Source of the DNA: Rhina ancylostomus | Taxonomy: Eukaryota | DNA: 64,000 nt | Assembly (NCBI GenBank): GCA_030265395.1 | Contig: JARFYF010000012.1 | Location: forward strand, 4,063,339 to 4,127,338 | Reading direction: 5' to 3' | Shown here: piece by piece, positions 12,743-25,399 of the stretch | Numbering within the stretch: the stretch's first letter is position 1 | How the letters are laid out: the number at the start of each line of letters is the position of its first letter | Program-made: the position numbers and the translations under genes | The notes under the pieces: generated by a model | The model's input: the letters and a program-made list of their open reading frames with translations, nothing else | Told to the model about the DNA's origin: nothing | Database searches by the model: none

Positions 12743-13004
12743 TAGAACATAGAACAGTATAGCACAGAAGAGGCCCTTTGGCTGACAATGTTGTGCCAAC
12801 ATATCTATTCCCTCCTACCTACAGAATGCCCATATCGCTCTATTTTCCTCTCATTCATGTGCCCATCCAAGTCCCCCTTAAAAGCCCCCAATGAATTTGC
12901 CTCCACCACCCTATCAGGCAACGCATTCCAGGCATCCACGACTCCGTTTAAAAAAAAAATGCCCCTCACGTCTGTTCTGAACCTACCCCCCTCACCTTAA
13001 ATGC
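12743..13004 (-). mobile_element. CR1/HER1 3' tail, antisense
   Basis: tagaacatagaacagtatagcacagaagaggccc... is the reverse of the CR1 tail. Confidence 0.8.
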
Positions 13005-14019
13005 AAGTTTCTAAGTACTTTACAAAGTAATTGAATGTGCTTTTAAGAAGTTTTTCCAGTTTAAATTGTGAAAATTGTCTAAATCTTGTAAACAGACATT
13101 TGTTAGGAATAAATGATTGATTGTTAAAGTGGTTGTGAGCAAGGTTAACTATCCATATGGTTAACTATCCATATCACTGTGGACAACTATGCAGCCTCTG
13201 ACAGAGATGATATCATCCTCTCGAGAGCTTACCAGGTTTCATTCTTTCTTGTCATGGCCATAGAATCACCTGCATTGGCTTCTTTTCATGCACCTCTCGT
13301 ATTCCCTGAAGTTCCAGCCATAATCTTTTCCTATTACTCATCTTCATGCTGCTACATGGTAAATCATTCAAAAATACAGCATCATTTTCTGTACCAGCAA
13401 CACGTAACTCTTTGTCACCACTGCTCCTTGATGCCTCCATTGTATTTAAATTATTGGTCTACTTGTGCAACATCCAGTACCAGTTGAGCAACAATTTGCT
13501 TTATGCCCGCCACAACCTCAGTTCCCTCTTCATGGTAATGGCTAGAAAATGAACAAATTGTTTGCAATCTTGATGCAAAATTCGATCCAGAAATGAGTGA
13601 TGGATCGCATATCCACTTTGTTGCGAACATTTCTACCCTTGCCCTACTCCACCTCTGCCTTAGTTTGTCTGCTGCTGAAATTATTATTCATCTCTTGGTC
13701 CTTTNNNNNCAGTCCTCATTCTATCTATTCTAACCCTTTAAGTCATCCACGGTCTATTGGGAGTGGCTGTCTTTGATCTTTAAAGACTGTAATCCTTTTT
13801 GTATTCAATGCATTCAGATACTTAATGTTACTGTGGAGTTCATGGTTTTGCTAGATGCATATTTTGGGGGGAATGCCAGTATTGATTTGGCACTTTTGAC
13901 TGCTGGATTTGTCAATGAAGATGTTTGTAAAGCTCGAAGCCTGAACATTGCTAGTTATCAGTTTGGTTCACCAACATTGTTGTCTTCTTAGGCAGACAGT
14001 TAGGATCAGTGACAGAGTG

Positions 14020-14900
14020 GAAGTAAGCCAGTTTTGTGGGTTCTGTGGTTCTGAATGAAGCCAATGTGGGAACCACAGACTCTTCCACAGATGAGGCAGG
14101 TGGTGGCCAATGGGGTGGGTGAGTGGGTAGTTTGTGAGATGGTCCACTCTGCTCTGTGTGATCCTATAAGGTTTTTAATACCACACTTTGAGTAGTCATG
14201 AGTCAGAAATTTCCAGGAGCCAGTGTGGATGTTGTATTTCTTCAAGGAGGGTTTGGGAACATCCTTGAATCTTTTCCTCCTTTGGTCTGCTAATTTCTTT
14301 CCTTGACTGTATTCAGAAAAGAGTTCTATTTGAGAATCTGGTATCATGCATGAGAGCAAAGTGACCCACCCAATGTAGAGAACTGAGTGCATTAGGGTCT
14401 CGATCCTGCAGATGTTGGCTCAAAAGAGGACCTTGATGTTGGGTCATGTCTTCTTTCATTGAAATTGGAGGGTTTTTTTGGAGACTGCATTGGTGGAATT
14501 TTTACAGTGCCTTGAGATGCCTGCTGTAGGTAATCCAGATCTCATAAGCATATGGAAGGCAGGGGTCCCTGCTGCTTGGTAGACCTAGAGTTTTGTGCCA
14601 GGTCAAAAAGTCCTTTTCTTCAGTTGACCAAAGGTTGTGGTCATGCGTTGAAGCTGCTGGTGAATTTCATCACTGACAACTCCCTTCACCGAAAGGTGGC
14701 TCCTGAGTTTGGAAAGTGGTCCATGTTTTCCAGGGTGAATGTTATTGTTAGAAGGAAGTGGTACAGCAGGGGCAGGTTGGGAAGGGGCCTTTTATCTTGC
14801 AGATGTTAAGGGAAAGGCCCATCCTCTAGTATGCATCAGTGAAAGCTTCAACGAAGGCTTGGAGATTGATCTCCTATACTGCAGCTCAATTATTGAGTAT
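14020..14900 (-). mobile_element. RTE-clade LINE 3' fragment, antisense
   Basis: The minus ORF has LFSE..QGK....RKRFKD..K.SLKK.NI...W and a C-terminal C2H2-like TCLICGRVCGSHIGF..H.RTHK, typical of RTE ORF2 ends. Confidence 0.7.
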
Positions 14901-15746
14901 AGTAGATTTCAAGTGGTAGGACTCTGGATGATTATTTTATGCTATATGATTATTTTGCAAAATCCTCAGTAGTGCCTGTTGATCATACATGATCCAAGTT
15001 TGCCATTAAATATCTGATGAAAGATTATTGTAGTGTTGAAAGGGTGTTCCATCAGGAGGGCATGCTGAACATAAGTACTCAATACCAACCAGCCTATTGC
15101 TAATACACAGGGTGGCTACATTGGTAAGTGCACAAAAGCGAGTAAAGTTCAGATTTTGGTGAGAGTGAGAATTTAGTGCAGAGGAGTAGGTGTTTTATTT
15201 TATTTTTGGCAATATAGGGTGATTCATTCAACATTTCAAAGTTTTGTCCAGGGTTTAGTACAAAGTACAATTTAGTGTGTATAAATGCAAGAAAGAACGT
15301 TTATGTTGTGACTAGCATCTTAGGAAAAAGAGGAGGCAAGAAGTCCTCTTTAAGAATAATAGGTTAAATGAAGGGAGAGGACCTCAAGGGTTATAATCTT
15401 GAGATTAATGTCTGAACCATGAGAAAATTGACATAGGAATAAGGAGATCGGTGTAGGCAAGCAGAATGGCTGAAGAAACAGTGTTCAAGTGGTTTCATTT
15501 CATGGGATTCTAGTACAAGCACCTCCATACAATGGCTCTACCTAAATTGGATTAAGACTAAGATCCAGGCAAAAATGGTGGTTAGGATGTTTGTAAGGAT
15601 TATAGCATAGCATTACCTAGACTACTAAGGGTTAAACCACAACGAGAGATTACTTAAGCATTGTATTTTTGCTGGATTGGGAGTTCAGTAGATAGTCTAA
15701 AAATTAGAAACGGACCTTTCGGAGTAAAATTTAAAACTTCTACACG

Positions 15747-16034
15747 TACAGTAAAACCCTGATAATCTGCTCTCTGACTGGAAATCTCGATAGTTCAGCA
15801 TCTGGCTAACCAGGGTGCTGATTCCCATACTCCCTTTCCTCTCACCAGGACACCAATTCTCTTGCTTTCTTGAAGCTTATTGGAAAATTTATTATTCAAT
15901 TGTATGCCATTTAAAAATAGTGAATTAAAAGTATGATGGAGTGTTAATAAAACAACATCTGATTGTCCAGAAAATTTTGTTGGTATGGCATTGCCAAAGT
16001 TCCAAGTGTGTTTAGATTAATGGAGATTACTGTA
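15747..16034. mobile_element. Tc1/mariner (Tigger-like) MITE with imperfect TIRs and TA target-site duplication
   Basis: TA|CAGTAAAACCCTGATAATC ... GATTAATGGAGATTACTG|TA; a second related copy lies at ~22917-23130. Confidence 0.6.
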
Positions 16035-16564
16035 CATAGAATTTTTTAACAATGTGTATTAAAGGGCAAGCGTAGGTACATTTATTTAGATCCTTAATTT
16101 TATTGAATAGTGGAACATATCAGTAGGAGGGAAATGGTTTCGGTGATTTGTTGTTTCAATGTTTGTCTTAGTGCTTCACCTCTGTACATTGTTTCTGACT
16201 TTGTTGATGTTGGCAAGTGTTTTTTTTCTCATAGCCAAGTAAATTTTTAATGTGCTCAGAAAACAAATGAAGACAGTTTCTCATTTATTTTGGTGAACTA
16301 TTTCATTCCATGTTTTTCCTTGCCTTAGGATCCAGCTGACAGGAAGATTTAATAAGCAATAAAATGACATGCTATGACATATATTGATTTTTAAGTAGTA
16401 ATGCTCACATACTTTAATCAGGGTTGTGCTAAACTCTGATCATAAACTATATTCCCAGGCAATGGTTCCTTTTTCTGTCTCTGGGAGGAATAACTTTTCA
16501 AAGGTTAAGCCAGGTAAAAGATTAAAATATCTCTTTTTGAAAATGTGTGGCTGGTTTAACAAGT

Positions 16565-16830
16565 GCTCAAAACTAGAGGGCATAGGTTTAAGATGAGAGG
16601 GAGGAGGATTAAAGGGGATCTGAGGGGAAAGTTCTAGTGTTGGTATCTGGAATGAGCTGCCAGAGGATGTGGTGAAGGCAGGAACAGTAGGCATCTGGAC
16701 AGATACTTGGATGAGCAGGGCATAGAAGGATATGGAATTAATGCAGGCAAGTGGGATTAGTATAAATAGACATGGTGCAGCATAGGAGTGGTGGGCCGAA
16801 GGGCCTGTTTCTATGCTATACAACTCTCAT
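16565..16830 (+). mobile_element. CR1/HER1 3' tail
   Basis: actagagggcataggtttaag...gtgggccgaagggcctgtttctatgctata. Confidence 0.85.
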
Positions 16831-17055
16831 TATATGACTAACTTTTTTGCTTTTAGTTGTCTCTGCAGTAAGTTGTCTCTTTTATTTTTAAATCTTGGGT
16901 ACTTTAGCATTAAAGAAGTCGAGGAGAGAGAAGAACAGCACCCTTGTAAAATTTGCTGTATATTTCCCATAAAATGAGTAACATTTGCTTTTCTTGCCTT
17001 TGCAGATAATCTGTGGGTTGTGGACCCCACTATTCCTTTAGTGGCTTGTGAGATT

Positions 17056-17278
17056 ATGCATCGAATGATCAGGGAGTTTGCCACTGAATATACCTCAAAA
17101 ACTAGCACTTCTCAGGACTCCATTGTACTCTCCAGCACCAAGGACCAAAGTACATCTAAAACACCTGTGCTCAGTGCCAGTGCTCTAAATCCTGTTTTAA
17201 GCAAGTTGCTTATGGCTGATCAAGATAGACCATTGGACCTAACCGTAAAAAAGTCCAGCTCTGAATCAGACAATCAAG
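17056..17278 (+). CDS. LCOR: LCOR main coding exon 1 (exon spans 17006-17278; ATG at 17056): MHRMIREFATEYTSK...NPVLSKLLMADQDRPLDLTVKK...; contains the LxxLL NR box and the PLDLT CtBP motif
   Basis: Matches the recalled human LCOR start MQRMIQQFAAEYTSK...NPVLSKLLMADQDSPLDLTVRK. Acceptor tttgcag|AT at 17005/6 and donor CAAG|gtaagt at 17278/9. The frame is also open upstream of the ATG (DNLWVVDPTIPLVACEI). Confidence 0.96.
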
Positions 17279-17559
17279 GTAAGTCAAAGTTAGTCTTTTA
17301 ACTACAATTCAATAAAAATGCTGAAATACTCATTGGGTCTGGTAACAAAAGTAGAGAGCAAATTTGTTTCAGATCAAATCATTAGCAGTCAGGCTATCAA
17401 TCCAGAGTGTTGGTTCTTTCTTTCTCCACCTACACCACCTGACTTGCAGAGTAAAGGCTTTGTTTTTATTTGATTCCAATATCCACAGTATTTCACTTGT
17501 ACGTTTTGTACTAGAGCTTCGCGCACACGCACACACTTGTATGTAGACAATGCTTGCAT

Positions 17560-18455
17560 TTGTATGTGCTCAGGGGCTAAGCTTCAAGCCATTGTAAACA
17601 CCTCTACATCAGCATAAAAGAGGATGGGCCTTGTACTCAACCACCACAAGTCAAAGATCCTCTCCTAACCTATCCCTGTTGCCCACACTGCCCTCTGACA
17701 ATAAAAGTTCATGGCAACACCCTGGAAAACATGGACAACTTCACGCATCTTTCAGTAAAGGTAGACATTGATGATTCATAGCATCTACATAGCATTTGCA
17801 CAATTGAGGAAAAGGGTATTTGAAGGTTAAGATGTTTGACTTAGTACAAAACTGTTGGTCTACCAGGCTGAAGTGATTCCTGCTTTCCTATATGTTCCTG
17901 AGACCTGTACCACCTATGACAGATATTTCAAGGCACTGAAGTAAAAATCCACCAAGACTGTCTCTGCAGAATCCTCCAAATTCACTGGAAGGATAAAGCA
18001 AACCAGCGTCAGTGTCCTCTTGGGCCAATGTGCCCAGCTTTGAGGTCATAGTTACACTCAGTCAGTCTACATTGTTCACGTGTCTGATACCAGATTCCCG
18101 AGACAGACACTCTACTTAGAGCTCTGTCATGGGAAGAAATGACCAGGCAGAGGATTCAAGGATGTGATCAAAGCCACCTTGATGAAATGGAACACCCTGG
18201 CTGACCCCTGGGAATCTTTGGCTCAAGATCGCAGCATCTGGTGTGGCATTGAGAACCTTTTGAGAGCACTTGGAGGCCATGAGGAAGGGTGGAAGAAGCA
18301 GGACTGACAATGTACTCATCTGCTGGCCAACAGGCCACCACCGCCAGCCTCAGCTGTGGAAGAGTCTGCAGTTCTCATATAGGCTGTGTTCACCACCAGA
18401 ACCTACAAAACTGGAGTAGGAACAGCTCATCTTTGATCCTGAGGGAATGCCCAAG
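17560..18455 (+). mobile_element. RTE-clade LINE 3' fragment, sense; same family as 14020-14900
   Basis: ctgtggaagagtctgcagttctcatataggctg...cagaacctacaaaactgg matches the reverse complement of 14030-14095. Confidence 0.7.
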
Positions 18456-18929
18456 AGATTTGAGTATGTTACTGTCTGCACATATTCATGCATCTGCATG
18501 TAATATTTTCTATAATTTAATATAGCTTCTTCAATGGGGATATTGAAGTGTAGTGATTTTGTTAGTCTATTTTATTTCAACACATGGTCTGATTTTTTTT
18601 TGATGACTGACATTTGGGAGGTGCACAAGTTTTATATCCTAGTTTCTAACATAATGTCAAGGATGTTGTTATAATTTTCATGATATTTTTTCATTATGTA
18701 TTTTTTTTAAAAAAGCGACAGGTTTTAATTGGAGACTGTGGTATTCAAATTGAAGTGTTAAAATTATATGCAAACTTTTTACTTTTAAAACTGCCCTTCC
18801 TCTCATTTATTTCAAAAACAAAGCCTTAATTTTCCTATTTGGAACTTGATGGGTGGTTTCAATGTCCCTCATTAAATCCCCTATCCTTCATGAAAGTTTA
18901 AGACAAATTGCAGCTCGTATTTGTTTATC

Positions 18930-21360
18930 AGGTCTGTAAAGGAATAGTGGCAGATATTCAAACAGCTGGTCTGTAGTGCTCAGCAGGAGCTTATCCCAAT
19001 CAAAAAGAGGGATTCCATGAGAAAGATGTACAATCCCTGGTTAACAAAGGAGGTAAGGGATAATGTTAAAATGAAATCTAGGGTATATAAAGTGGCAAAG
19101 GCTAGTGGTAGATCAGATAACTGGGAAGTTTTTATGATCCAGCAGCAGAAGGCGAGGAAAAAAAACAAGAAGGGAGAAAATGAATCTTGCATGTACTATA
19201 AAAGCAAACAGTACAAGTGACTCTGGATATATAAATAGGAAGAGGGCGGCTGAAGTAAATTTTGGGCCTCTAGAGAACGAGGCTGGTGAATTAATAACAA
19301 GTGACAGTTACATTGAATAATTTTTTGGATCAGTCTTTGCCATGGAAGATATTGCTAACATCCCTAATATCTCAGATGAGCTAATTTCAAATAACATGGT
19401 AGAACTAAGAAAAATTCCAATTGCAAAGGATTGGAGAAATGCGGGGAGTCTAAAGGCAGACAAGTCACTGGGACCCAATGGACCATGCTGGGGTTTTAAA
19501 GGAAGTGGCTGCAGAGATGATGGGCCATTGGTTGAAATTTTTTGTAACTTGCTAAATTCTGGAGGGTACCAGGAGGTTGGAAAACAGTCAATGTGACTCC
19601 CCTCTTCAAAAAAAAGAGATAAGCAGAGAACTGCATGCCAGTTAGATTAACATCTATTATTGACAAGATGCTAGATTCATTAATTAGAGAGGAAATTAGA
19701 GAGGAAATAGCTAATCATTCAGGAAAGCTGAATATAATTAAATCAAGTTAACATAGTTTTCTGGAAGGTAAATCATGTTTGTTAAATTGGCTTGAATTCT
19801 TTGAGGATGTAACAGTGGAGTTGATAGTGAATTGTAGGTGTAGTGTTTAAAACAAAAAGGCATTTAACAAGATGCCACATAGTTGTGCATAAATTTCAAA
19901 GCCTCTGGTATCGGAGGAAGTTTCAGAATGGATTGAAAATTGGCCATCTCGCAGAAAACAAAATAAACGGGACATGCCCTCTTACTAGCATTGGGGAGGA
20001 GATACAGGAGCCTGAAGATCCACACTCAATGATTCAGGAATGACTTCTTCCCCTCAAATCAGATTCCTAAACAGTCCATGAACACTACCTCGTTATTCCA
20101 GGTTTGTTCGCATTATTTATTTATCTTGTGATTTTATAGTAATTTTTAGGGCCTTGCACTGTACTGTTGCTGAAAAAAACAACAAACGTCATGTCAGCGG
20201 AGACAGATGCTGGAATCTGGGGTAACAGGCACAAAATGCTAGAGAAACTCAGCAGGTCAGGTAGCATCTATGGAGGGAAATAAACAGTTGATGTTTTGGG
20301 TCGAGACCCTTCAGGACATATTTCATGTTTTTATGTTAGTGATAATAAACCTGATTCTGAAATGGGTCCTTTTCACACCAGGAGGAAACTAGTGGAGTAC
20401 AGCAGGGATCAACTCTTGGTCCTTAATGGTTGATTATTTGCATTAAAGAGATGGGGGATTGAACATTGTAAGGCTTTCAAATTTGCCGCTAATATGAAAA
20501 TAGGTGGAAGGGCATGTTGTGATAAGGATACTGTGATTCTGCAACAGGATATAATTGAGTGAGTAGTCAAAAGTGGCAAATGGAGTGTAATATGGAGGAA
20601 GTGTGAAGTCATGCACTTTGGTAAGAGAAATCAAAAGGCAGATTATTATCTTAATGGAGAAGGGCTGAAAGCGAATGAAATACAGTGGGATCTAGATGTT
20701 CTAGTACATGAATCATAAATAGCAGTTGGGTCAAATATGTAGTTAAGGCAAAGGGGTTGGAGTTTAAAAACAGGGTCGTTTTGTTGCAATTGTACAGGGT
20801 GTTATCGAGGCCTTACCTGGAATACTGTGTAATGTTTGGTTCTCTTACCTTAAAAGTAACAACATAGTAACATTGCAGGCAATCCAAAGAAATTCACCAG
20901 GCACCTGGGATAAGAAGGTTGTCCTACCAAGTGAGACTAAAGTAGTTTGGGCCTTTTATTGCTTGATTTAGAAGAATGAGAGGTGACCTTATTAAAACAC
21001 ATAAGATCCTAAGGGGGCCTGACAGGGTAAATGTTGGCACGTTTCCACTAGTGGGAGAGTCTTGAACAAAGGGATATAATTACAAGACAAGGGGCTGGTC
21101 ACTTAAAACGGAGGTATATAGAAATTTCTTCCTGCGGAGAGTGGTGAACCTGTGGAATTCTGTCTCTAGAGGGTAGTGGAAGCTTGCTCATTAGACATAT
21201 TTAAAGTGGAGGTGGAGAAATACTTTATAGATTGAGGAATAGAAGGGATGGAGAAATGGCTCAAAAGAGGAGTCGAGGCCAGCATAGGTAATTTATGATC
21301 ATATTACATAGTTGACCAGGTTCGAAGGGCCTGATGTCCAACTCCTCCATTTGTCTTAAA
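18930..21360 (+). mobile_element. Long degraded CR1 ORF2 with nested Rex-like and Penelope-derived pieces (~19960-20360)
   Basis: Remnants PWLTKEV, LKADKSLGPNG, aatgtgactcccctcttcaaaaaa, aaatcatgtttg (KSCL), ggaatactgtgta...tggtt; many stops and frameshifts. Confidence 0.8.
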
Positions 21361-22179
21361 TTCTTGGTACACTCCTTACAATATATATCAAAATCCCTTG
21401 GACCAAGTGAGTGATTTCAATGTTTATTTATAAGTAATATATAACTATGTATTGATAAGTAATATATAAATATATAGACAAGGAAAGTTATTAACTTGAA
21501 GCATGAATTTCAAATTGCTTTTTCAATTTGAGACCAGGCACTATTTTATAAAAGATATTTTTGTGACTGTTAGTAATAGTTCACACATCATGCCAATTCA
21601 GGACTTTTGCTCTTTGCAAGGCAATGTAGACAACAGGCAGATTTGGTCACAGCCTATACCCAGTGGATATTACTTAGAAGATAACAAGAGGTCAGAGTAG
21701 CTGTCAGTGGCAAACCTTCAGTTTTTAACTCTGATCCACGTGGATATAAATGCTGTCACCTCAGTGGACCAGAACAAGCCCTATCCATGAAGCAGCTGAA
21801 AAAAATCTTGACAGCTGGCTAAGCTACAATTCCTGAATATAGCAGTAATTGGACATGTAAAGGAAGATTCAAATTTATTTAGAAAATTTAAAACTAAATG
21901 ACAAACCCAAACACTTTGGAACTCAAGAACATTTAACTAAACTTGTTTTACATTAATTTGCTTAAAATAGTGATATGCTTAAAATTAACCCTGGTTCCTT
22001 GCAGCCATTTTAACCCATTCCAAAAACTCCAGCATCAGAGCACAATAATGGAAAGACTAGCAAAGAGTAGCCAAAAGGTTTAGAACTAATGCGTTTGCAC
22101 ATGCATACACTGGAGTCCCAAACCTGATGACACACAGCTTCTGGCAATGACAGCAATTCCCCACAAGATTTGAGTCAGT

Positions 22180-22475
22180 ATAGGATAAGATAAGATATCT
22201 TAGGATTAGTTACATGTACATCGAAATACACAGGGAAATGCATCTTTTGCTGGGGGCAGCCCGCAATTGTCACCACACTTCCAGCGCCCACATAGCATGC
22301 CCACAACTTCCTAAACTGTATGTCTTTAGAATGTGGGAGGAAACCAGAGCACCGAGACGAAACCCATGCAGACACTGGGAGAACATACAAACTCCTTGCA
22401 GACAGCAGCTGGAATTGAACCCAGGTCACTGGCGCTGTAATAGCGTTACACTAACCGCTGCCCTACTGTGCTGCA
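22180..22475 (-). mobile_element. V-SINE, antisense
   Basis: tgtgggaggaaaccagagcaccgagacgaaacccatgcagacactgggagaacatacaaactcc core and tRNA-like head. Confidence 0.8.
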
Positions 22476-22916
22476 GTATGTGCTATTCTCTGAACTATGG
22501 ATACATTCATCATCAGATGACTCTATTTTGTTCTAATATTGTACTTGTGCAATTTTTAAACTTTTTATTAATGTAAAGGCAGCATATCATGATGCAGAAA
22601 TATTACTTTGCTGTTGAAATAGACCTATTGTGTGATTGTTTTTCCTTGAATGGGCATGATGTTCACCATGCTGAAACTTTCACTCTCCTCCAGATAGGTT
22701 ATTGACCTGAAGCATTAACTTGATTTCTCCTTTCTCCCATGCTATCTGACCTATTTCCAGCATTTTTTTAATTCTTATTTCCAGGCTCCACAATTTTCTT
22801 ACTTTACAGTTAACCTTCAATCAGGTTATTTTAATTAATGAAGAGATCAGATTGAAAGGTTGTATATTCATCCATTGGTAAAGTAAACATGAAGCAAATA
22901 CTGAAAATATATTAAG

Positions 22917-23130
22917 ACAGTAAAACTCTGACTGTCTGATTGTTCGGAAAATGTATTGTTAAGCATCTGGTTCACCAGGTGCTGATGCCGTGCTTCCTTT
23001 AAATGCACCGGGTTCATCACTGCGTAACAAAAGTATGGTGGAGTTTTATTGGAATGACACCTAATTGTCTGGAACATCTGCCAGTCTGATACCAGCAAAG
23101 TTCCGAGCATGCAAGGATACAGTGGGATAT
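22917..23130. mobile_element. Second copy of the Tigger-like MITE
   Basis: cagtaaaactctga...agcatctggttcaccaggtgctgat...caaagttccgagc resembles 15749-16020. Confidence 0.5.
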
Positions 23131-23149
23131 CCATCAATTGTAGGTATGG

Positions 23150-24548
23150 GTGGAAAAATGGCAGAGTTTAACCCAGCCAAATGTGATGCGTTGCACTTTG
23201 GAAGATCAAATGTAAAGGGACAGTACACTGTTAATGGCAAGACCGTTAACGGTGTTGATGTGCAGAGGGATCTTGGGGGTCACAGAAAGTGGCTACACAG
23301 GTTGATAGGATGGTAAAGAAGGTGTATGGCATGCTTGCCTTTATTAGTTGAGGAATTGATTTCAAGAGTTGGGAAGTCATGTTGCAGCTTTATAAAACCC
23401 TAGGCCGTACCTGGAGTATTGCATTCAACTCTGGTCATCCTACTGTTCTATCTTCTGTGCTGAATCTGAAACAAAAACTGGAATACTACAAGAAGGCAGT
23501 GGCTCAAGCAGCATTTCTGAGGCAAAACGTGTAAGTCAGTATTTCAGGTTGAGACCTTGCACCAAGATATGACACAGGGACTCAACCCAAAATGTCAACT
23601 TGTATTGCTCGATCTGCTGAGTTCTGGTATTCTGTTTTTTTTCAGACCAACGTCAGAAGCTCCAACAGTCAGGTGCACCTGAGGGTTGTGAGAATAAGCT
23701 CTGTTGGGAAGCTCTGATGCAATCAGAATCAAACTGCAAAAGTATTACAGTTTAGAAGAGTAAAATGTTTCAATTGCAGAAAACAAGGGCAAGTACCCTT
23801 TGTAGATGGGGCTAAGCAGAATACAGCAAATCTAAACTGGCATTCAAGATCATTGATATACAGAACGTCTTGGGGTCGAAATCCATACCTCCCTGTGAGT
23901 GGCAACACAAGTAGATAGAGTGTAAAAGATGGCGTATGGCTTGCCTTCATCACTAGGAGCATAGAGCATAAGAGTAAGGAAGTCATGTTACAGTTGAATA
24001 AAACTATGGTTAGGCCACACTTGGAGTATTGTTTGCTGTCCTGGTCACCCCATTACAGGAAGGATATGGAAGCTTCAGAGAGGGTTCAGGAGAGGTTTAC
24101 CAGGACACTGCCTAGATTAGAAGGTATGAACAACAAGGAGAGGTTGGACAAACTTGGATTGTTTCCTCTGGAGCTTCAGAGGCTGAGGGAAGACCTAATA
24201 AAAATTTATAAAATTATGAGAGTCATAGATACAGTAGACAGCCAGAATCTTTTGCTCCAAGAAATATTGATTGCTAGAGGGCATAGCTTTAAGGTAAGAG
24301 GGGAAAGGGGATGTGCAGGGCTAGTTTTTTTTTATACAGAGACTGGTAGGTGCCTGGAGCACACTGCCAGGGCTAGTTGTGGAAGCAGATACAATAGTGG
24401 CATTCAAGAGGCTTTTGGATAGGCACATGAAGATGCAGGGAATGGAAGGATATAGACCATGTGCAGGGAGAAGGAATTAGTTTAATTTAGCATCATACTC
24501 ACCACAGACATTGTGGGCTGAAGGGTCTGTTCTTGTGCTGTACTGTTG
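23150..24548 (+). mobile_element. Two tandem CR1 3' fragments (23150-23445 and ~23800-24548) separated by a Penelope-derived hairpin element
   Basis: ORFs FNPAKCDALHFGRSN and MLQLNKTMVRPHLEYCLLSWSPHYRKD; tail gtgggctgaagggtctgttcttgtgctgta. Confidence 0.85.
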
Positions 24549-25399
24549 TCATGCCTCAAATATCATAGGAAGTAAATTTGTAATAATAAGCTTGCCGATT
24601 ATAAACTGAAACAAAATAATAAATTATATATTATGTTTGACTTTCAGAAATGCTGTTACAAAAGATAATGAACATCCTGCAGCTGAGTATGTGAAGGCTG
24701 AACCATATCTTGGATATAAAGGGGCAGAAGTGAAAGTTGTACCAGGGGCAGCTAGCAGGGTGAGACAGAGTACAAACATTCCTGAGAACTGCTTGTAATC
24801 CGGACGGTTCGTAAGTCGGAAATGAACAAAAACATGGTGTGGAAGAGGGTCACAGAAACAGCTGTGACAGGAGAATGAGCATATGTGGGAAGAGTGGCTG
24901 CCAGCTGGCTTCACTGACTCTGTGGGTGAGGAATGAAGCTGCTCAGCACTCAAACTCAGCCCTGATAGTTGCAACTCGGGTGAGGAGTGAAGGCATCTGG
25001 AAATGCCTTGTTCTCACCTAGCAGAAGATGCCTGCAGTACCTGACAAATCCATCCCCACTCGTCCTGCCAGTTTCCCAAAGGCTCATTTGTATTGACTGT
25101 GTTCGTGGCCTAGTCAGGTGTCCATGACCCAGGGAGGTCCTGTAATGTTTTTATGTTCTTACATATCTGGAATCTTCTGTGTTTTGTTTCTCTACGTTGT
25201 ATTGTACCATTTGGCATTGTTTTTACTATTTTCCTATGTTTATTTAAGTTCTTCAATTTACATCTCCTTTAAGCAGATCACCTGTCCTAACCACCCACTC
25301 ATTCAGCACAATATCTGCTTTTGTCATTTCGTATCTCCTGGTTTCCACCTTAATGCAGAATTTCCATCGGTGTCTCCATACCTTCCTCTTATGTACAAC

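Noticed and set aside
13143-13174. Short tandem or near-tandem duplications (ggttaactatccatat x2; others at ~19685, 21430, 35347, 50950, 62498)
   Set aside because: Two-copy slippage-type duplications with no spacer architecture.
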